A stretch of 64,000 bases of DNA from Leptospiraceae bacterium. Its GTDB lineage: Bacteria > Spirochaetota > Leptospiria > Leptospirales > Leptospiraceae. Below the pieces are notes generated by a model that saw only the letters and a list, made by a program, of their open reading frames with translations, had not been told where the DNA came from and did not search any database. How positions within the stretch are numbered: the stretch's first letter is position 1; each line of letters starts with the position of its first letter. The stretch spans positions 21,191-85,190 of the forward strand of contig JACKPB010000009.1 of the NCBI GenBank assembly GCA_024233875.1, read 5' to 3'. Both the position numbers and the translations under genes were made by a program. Below are positions 59,437 to 64,000 of this stretch, one piece after another.

Positions 59437-61166
59437 TCAGATTTATTACCTGCTTTGTCCTGAACCTGAATCTGTATAATGAAGTAGCTTTTGAATTTTT
59501 TAAAATTAAGTGGGATTTCTAATTTGATAAAATTTCTATCCCGATCAAACTCAAAAGGATAGGAACTTCCTTCAAATAGTACTGTCATATTATTAGAAAT
59601 TCCCGAACCTCTGTCATACACAGCATAAAACCTCTCCAGCATTCTTGGATCCTTTACCTCGGGAAGGTTGAAATCCCTATATACCATATAAGGAAAATTG
59701 ATAACAGGAGGTGTCTTGTCTTTCATGATTGCGATGATACCCAATCTTGTTAGATTGAAACCCAATGATTTTCCTGATTTTTTCTCATTTAGTGCTACCC
59801 ATTGCTTGAATGCTGTATCATAAATGTACAATCCATCATCTTTATCCGGAAAATTGCCCCTGTATTCCCCTCTTGCATATCCCTTCCATGAATAGTTAAC
59901 AGACTTCACTTCATACGCATCACTCACCTGAGTAAATCCCGGGAAAGCCAGATCTTCGGGAATTTTGTCCAATTTATTGATTTCAATTTTTCCTTCTCCG
60001 GAAACTTTTGAGTTTCGAAAGTCCAACTTCAAAACCCCATCTGCGGAAGTGAAAGATTTTTGCAATACAACAGCCTTCTTGGGAGCCGGTTTTCCAATTT
60101 GTATAGGGATATCAATGGAGGAAATATTTCCGGAAGAATCCAAGAGTTCTGCTTTCAATACTTTTAGAGAACCTTCCACCAATCCATTCAAATCTAAAGA
60201 ATAATCCCCTGCGGGAGAATTGAAAAGATTGTAAACATACATAGTAGGGCTAAGAGAAGAAGTATTGATATCATACAAATTATCTCTATGGGAGGCTTCT
60301 CGATAGGACATTTGATCTAAAGTTTTTGAATACAAAACTTTATAGTCATCCAATAGCTTTACACCGTACACATTGTTTCTATTTCGGGAAGTCATGATAT
60401 CATATCCGGCAATTCGAATTCGTAACTTTCCATTTATCCGGATTGGATCTTTCAATTCTTCAAAGGAATAGGTACCGTCTTCGTTTTTGATCACAGGATA
60501 ATTTTCTGAAAACCCGGAATCGGAATCTATGTACACGGATTGAATGATGGGAGGGGTCGTATCATTTTGAAGATAATTAGGAAATTTCAATGGATTGTAA
60601 TAAGAAGAATGATCATACAATTCCAGATGCAAATGGGATACTCCAGACCCCGTCTCTCCTGATCTGGCAATCTTTGTCCCGGCTGTGAAGTGAAACATAT
60701 CGGGATTGATCTTTACAGAAAAACCTCTCGGATTTCCCAAAAGTCTCAGGCTATGTTTTAAATCCTCCAATCCGGATACATCACCATTCAAATCATTCAA
60801 ATGAGCATACCTGGCATACATATTTAAGGAAGGAGAATAGAGGACAATGCTTAAGCCATAACCATAATCGGAATAGCTCATCGTTGCTAGTCTTGCATCG
60901 AATACACTTAGTACGGGAAATCCATTGATCCCGTAGGTTTTAAAATCACATCCCATATGTAGGTGAGAATTTCGATATTCCGCAAAGCTTCCCGATATAG
61001 GCAATTTCATTTCGAGAGGCCAAATGATCTTTTTCATTTTTTCATCATCTATAGGAAAAATTGCTAATGGAAAAACCAAAATAGTTAATATAAAATTAAT
61101 AAATTTATTCATTTTTATCTCAAAGTACTTCATTTGTTTATGTAGCGAACTTTCCAATTTTTTCAA
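59409..61166 (-). CDS. M23 family metallopeptidase (LytM domain) with a large C-terminal extension
   Basis: HxxxD and HxH motifs (HMGCDF…; GVSHLHLELYD), a signal peptide, and 28-bp overlap with the RsbU-like gene. Confidence 0.7.
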   Translation of the reverse strand: MKKLESSLHKQMKYFEIKMNKFINFILTILVFPLAIFPIDDEKMKKIIWPLEMKLPISGSFAEYRNSHLHMGCDFKTYGINGFPVLSVFDARLATMSYSDYGYGLSIVLYSPSLNMYARYAHLNDLNGDVSGLEDLKHSLRLLGNPRGFSVKINPDMFHFTAGTKIARSGETGSGVSHLHLELYDHSSYYNPLKFPNYLQNDTTPPIIQSVYIDSDSGFSENYPVIKNEDGTYSFEELKDPIRINGKLRIRIAGYDIMTSRNRNNVYGVKLLDDYKVLYSKTLDQMSYREASHRDNLYDINTSSLSPTMYVYNLFNSPAGDYSLDLNGLVEGSLKVLKAELLDSSGNISSIDIPIQIGKPAPKKAVVLQKSFTSADGVLKLDFRNSKVSGEGKIEINKLDKIPEDLAFPGFTQVSDAYEVKSVNYSWKGYARGEYRGNFPDKDDGLYIYDTAFKQWVALNEKKSGKSLGFNLTRLGIIAIMKDKTPPVINFPYMVYRDFNLPEVKDPRMLERFYAVYDRGSGISNNMTVLFEGSSYPFEFDRDRNFIKLEIPLNFKKFKSYFIIQIQVQDKAGNKSEWFTDVVYL

Positions 61167-61289
61167 CCAAAAAGGAGAAATCGAAAATAATTTTCTCTTG
61201 TAATTTAAAATCTATCTGTTTTCCTATTTACCTGATCGATTTAATTAAAAAAGAACAGTGAGGGAGAATACTTACATTAATTTCCTATT

Positions 61290-62435
61290 ATGAATAAAAA
61301 CCATTACAATCAGAATTCAATCAATTCGCAATGGGTAGAATCAGAAGGAACAGTAGAGATTCTTCTTCCAAAAATTCTTGATGAAAAGAATGTTTCGTTC
61401 CTATGGGCTAAATTTACAGATCCAATTCGATCCTCCAAATTCAAAACTTTAAAAATCAACGCAAACGAAGTTGAATATTGCAATGGTATCGGTGTTGCCC
61501 TTCTCTATCAATGGAAGAAGGATTGTACTTCCGGACAAAAGGAATTTCTAATCGATGGACTCAAAAAAGAATTCTATGCATTGATCTCAAACTTTGAAAA
61601 TTCCGAACTCGGGCATCAGATCCATGAATCGGAAGAAAAACAGAATACTCTAGAATTTATTGGTCATCAGGTAGAAGAAAAAATCAAAAAATTAGAAAAG
61701 ACAATAGAGTTTATCGGAGAAACGTCTGTTGCATTCCTAAAATTTTTAAAAAATCCTATAAAAAACGTCAGATGGGGAGAAGTTCTCATCGTTTCAGAAA
61801 AGAGTGGAGTGGATGCTCTCGTGATCATAGTCCTGATAGGCTTTCTCCTGGGCTTGATTATGTCATTTCAATCAGCCATTCCCATGCAAAAATTTGGAGC
61901 GGAAATTTTTGTAGCCAATCTGGTCGGTCTCTCTATGTTTCGGGAGCTCGGTCCTCTTATGACAGCGATCATTCTGGCAGGACGCTCCGGATCTTCCTTT
62001 GCCGCAGAAATTGGAACCATGAAAGTCAGTGAAGAATTAGATGCCTTGAATACAATGGGGTTGAATTCCATCCAATTTCTGATCCTCCCGAGAATGATTG
62101 CAGGAATGATAGTATCACCAATTCTAACGATATTTTTGAATCTTGCAGGACTGGTAGGATCCTGCCTGGTGATAATGAGTTTGGGCTACCCTCTTGTGAC
62201 ATTCACCAAACAGGTAGCCAGTTCTGTTGATCTTCTGGATCTTTTCAGTGGGCTCTTCAAATCCGTGGTTTTCGGACTCCTTGTGGCCGGAATCGGTTGT
62301 GCATCAGGTATCAATACGAAAGAGGGAGCGAGTGCGGTAGGTGAATCAACAACCTCCTCAGTAGTTACCGGAATCATAGTCATAAGTATTACAGATGGTT
62401 TCTTTTCGATAGCATTTTACTATTTAGGTATCTAA
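61290..62435 (+). CDS. MlaE-family ABC permease with an N-terminal STAS-like (MlaB-like) extension of about 120 aa
   Basis: The C-terminal 260 aa matches the MlaE pattern (…ELDALNTMGLNSIQFLILPRMIAGMIVSPILT…). The N-terminal region has a STAS-like pattern (…TVEILLPKILDEKNV…INANEVEYCNGIGVALLYQW…). Confidence 0.7.
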   Translation: MNKNHYNQNSINSQWVESEGTVEILLPKILDEKNVSFLWAKFTDPIRSSKFKTLKINANEVEYCNGIGVALLYQWKKDCTSGQKEFLIDGLKKEFYALISNFENSELGHQIHESEEKQNTLEFIGHQVEEKIKKLEKTIEFIGETSVAFLKFLKNPIKNVRWGEVLIVSEKSGVDALVIIVLIGFLLGLIMSFQSAIPMQKFGAEIFVANLVGLSMFRELGPLMTAIILAGRSGSSFAAEIGTMKVSEELDALNTMGLNSIQFLILPRMIAGMIVSPILTIFLNLAGLVGSCLVIMSLGYPLVTFTKQVASSVDLLDLFSGLFKSVVFGLLVAGIGCASGINTKEGASAVGESTTSSVVTGIIVISITDGFFSIAFYYLGI

Positions 62436-63187
62436 TGGAAACAATCATCAAAGTAAACAACCTGACAGTGATACTGGGCGGTAGAAAGATTTTAGATGAT
62501 ATCTCTTTTGATGTACAACGCGGGGAGATATTTGTAATACTCGGTGGTTCGGGCTGCGGAAAGAGTACTCTTCTCAAACACATGATTGGATTGATGAAAC
62601 CCGCATCCGGAACAATTTTAATCGAAGGCGATGACATAGTTCCGGCCGAAGATGAATTGCGATTGAAGATTCTGAGAAAATTTGGTGTGATGTACCAAAT
62701 GGGTGCTCTCTTCGGATCCATGAATCTTATAGAAAATGTCTCTCTTCCACTCAGAGAATTTACCAGTTTGAATGAAGAAGCTATTGAATTGGTCGCTCAT
62801 ATGAAATTAAAATTGGTCGGTTTGGAAAACTTTTCCAAGCATATGCCGTCAGAAATCAGTGGGGGAATGAAAAAAAGAGCCGCTATTGCCAGAGCGATGG
62901 CACTGGATCCCAAAATTTTATTTTTGGATGAACCCTCAGCCGGCCTGGATCCGATTACTTCAGCTGAGTTGGACAATCTAATCATCTCGCTTTCTCGGAA
63001 CCTCGGTATTACGTTTGTAGTTGTGACTCATGAACTCCCGAGTATATACAAAATTGCTGATCGTGTGATCATGCTGGACAAAAGAATTCGTAAAATTATT
63101 GCAACAGGACACCCGGAAACCCTAAGAGATACTCACGAAGATGCCTGGGTTCGACAATTCTTTAACAGAGAAGTATCTAATAACTAG
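62435..63187 (+). CDS. MlaF-type ABC transporter ATP-binding protein
   Basis: Walker A GGSGCGKST, signature SGGMKKRAAIARA, Walker B ILFLDEPSAGLD. Confidence 0.85.
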   Translation: METIIKVNNLTVILGGRKILDDISFDVQRGEIFVILGGSGCGKSTLLKHMIGLMKPASGTILIEGDDIVPAEDELRLKILRKFGVMYQMGALFGSMNLIENVSLPLREFTSLNEEAIELVAHMKLKLVGLENFSKHMPSEISGGMKKRAAIARAMALDPKILFLDEPSAGLDPITSAELDNLIISLSRNLGITFVVVTHELPSIYKIADRVIMLDKRIRKIIATGHPETLRDTHEDAWVRQFFNREVSNN

Positions 63188-63197
63188 GAGATAAAAA

Positions 63198-64000
63198 ATG
63201 GAAAAAAAATCAAAACATTACAAAATGGGAATATTCGTATTGGGGAGTTTGTTCATCCTAACTCTCTTTATATTTTTATTGGGTGCCAGATCACTTTTTG
63301 AATCCAGAGTTATAGTAGAGACATATTTCGATGAATCCGTTCATGGTCTGGATGTAGGCTCTGCAGTAAAATATCGGGGAGTAGCCATAGGAAATGTAAA
63401 AGAAATCTCATTTGTTCAGGATAAGTACAAATTGGATATCAATCATCCCGATTACGCCAAAGGGAGATATGTTCTCATTCAAATGTCAATCCGGGATACA
63501 TTCAATTTCAATGTAAGTGATGGAAGCAAAAAACTAGAAAAAATGATTCATGATGGTCTGAGGGTGAAAATTACTTCCCAGGGGCTAACCGGAACTGCTT
63601 ATTTAGAGATAAATTATTTTGATATTGAATCCAATCCCGTTATGAATGTAAGTTGGAAACCGGAAAGTATTTACATTCCATCTACCCAGAGCACATTTAC
63701 CAAAATCGGAGCTTCCCTGGACGAACTCATTCAAAAAATAGATAAAGCAGATATAGATAAGTTCATTATCAATCTGGATAAATTGATAGTTACTTCAGAA
63801 AAATCATTGAATGATGCAAAAATCGAAGATCTAAGCAAAACGACAATCACCCTACTTTCTGAAATGAGACAAACCAATAAATCTCTAAACAGTTTTTTCT
63901 CCGATCCTTCAATGAAGGCTCTACCTGCTAAAATCGATACAACTTTTGCTTCGATGAATAAAAGTATGACAAAGCTAAACCAAATTCTTACAAACAATCA
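63198..64000 (+). CDS. MlaD/MCE-domain substrate-binding protein (3' end truncated by the window edge)
   Basis: N-terminal TM helix plus the MCE domain pattern (…VETYFDESVHGLDVGSAVKYRGVAIGNVKEI…). The ORF is open to the window end. Confidence 0.7.
   Translation, partial: MEKKSKHYKMGIFVLGSLFILTLFIFLLGARSLFESRVIVETYFDESVHGLDVGSAVKYRGVAIGNVKEISFVQDKYKLDINHPDYAKGRYVLIQMSIRDTFNFNVSDGSKKLEKMIHDGLRVKITSQGLTGTAYLEINYFDIESNPVMNVSWKPESIYIPSTQSTFTKIGASLDELIQKIDKADIDKFIINLDKLIVTSEKSLNDAKIEDLSKTTITLLSEMRQTNKSLNSFFSDPSMKALPAKIDTTFASMNKSMTKLNQILTNN

Overview
This is a low-GC chromosomal region with the gene content and style of a Leptospiraceae spirochaete (many RsbU/GHKL/cNMP regulators, LolCE, Mla, Lcl/DUF1566 domain); that assignment is inference from the sequence alone. 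Most of it is dense, often overlapping operons, largely on the minus strand. Housekeeping blocks I can recognise: tRNA-Ser(GGA) then dnaX-ybaB-recR; a TelA-like pair; gcvT-gcvH; a 3-hydroxyacyl-CoA dehydrogenase plus thiolase pair; pyrC; prfB (one continuous frame, no programmed frameshift); lolC/E; rpmF-plsX-fabG plus a MaoC hotdog; mlaE-mlaF-mlaD. Accessory and regulatory genes sit between them.

The main hit is an 821-aa ORF (30771..33236, minus) that I read as a major vault protein (MVP) homolog. It has MVP-repeat-like N-terminal segments, the shoulder-domain signature (LQVFSLSTGKPK... vs FTVLSLSAGRPK in eukaryotic MVP), a C-terminal coiled-coil cap-helix region and an MVP-like C-terminal tail. 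It is separated by 3 bp from a beta-lactamase-family lipoprotein and heads a long minus-strand gene string (PAS sensor, fructosamine-kinase-like kinase, gcvTH, multidomain Ser/Thr kinase).

Other points worth follow-up:
- an FkbH-like/ACP/MBOAT/DUF1574-like cluster that looks like a Dlt-like polymer O-acylation system with FkbH in place of DltA;
- a DprE1/DprE2-like FAD-oxidase plus SDR pair;
- a roughly 105-bp intergenic repeat family with 3.5 copies at two loci;
- a TrmL gene whose conserved N-terminus can only be initiated at an ATA codon behind a perfect Shine-Dalgarno;
- an MlaE permease with an N-terminal STAS-like extension;
- a secreted ankyrin-repeat protein;
- several unusual regulator fusions (GHKL-cNMP, REC-HATPase without HisKA, triple cNMP).

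I found no CRISPR arrays, rRNA, or clear IS/transposase genes. Every functional call rests on motif and family recognition from reading the translations, with no database search behind it.
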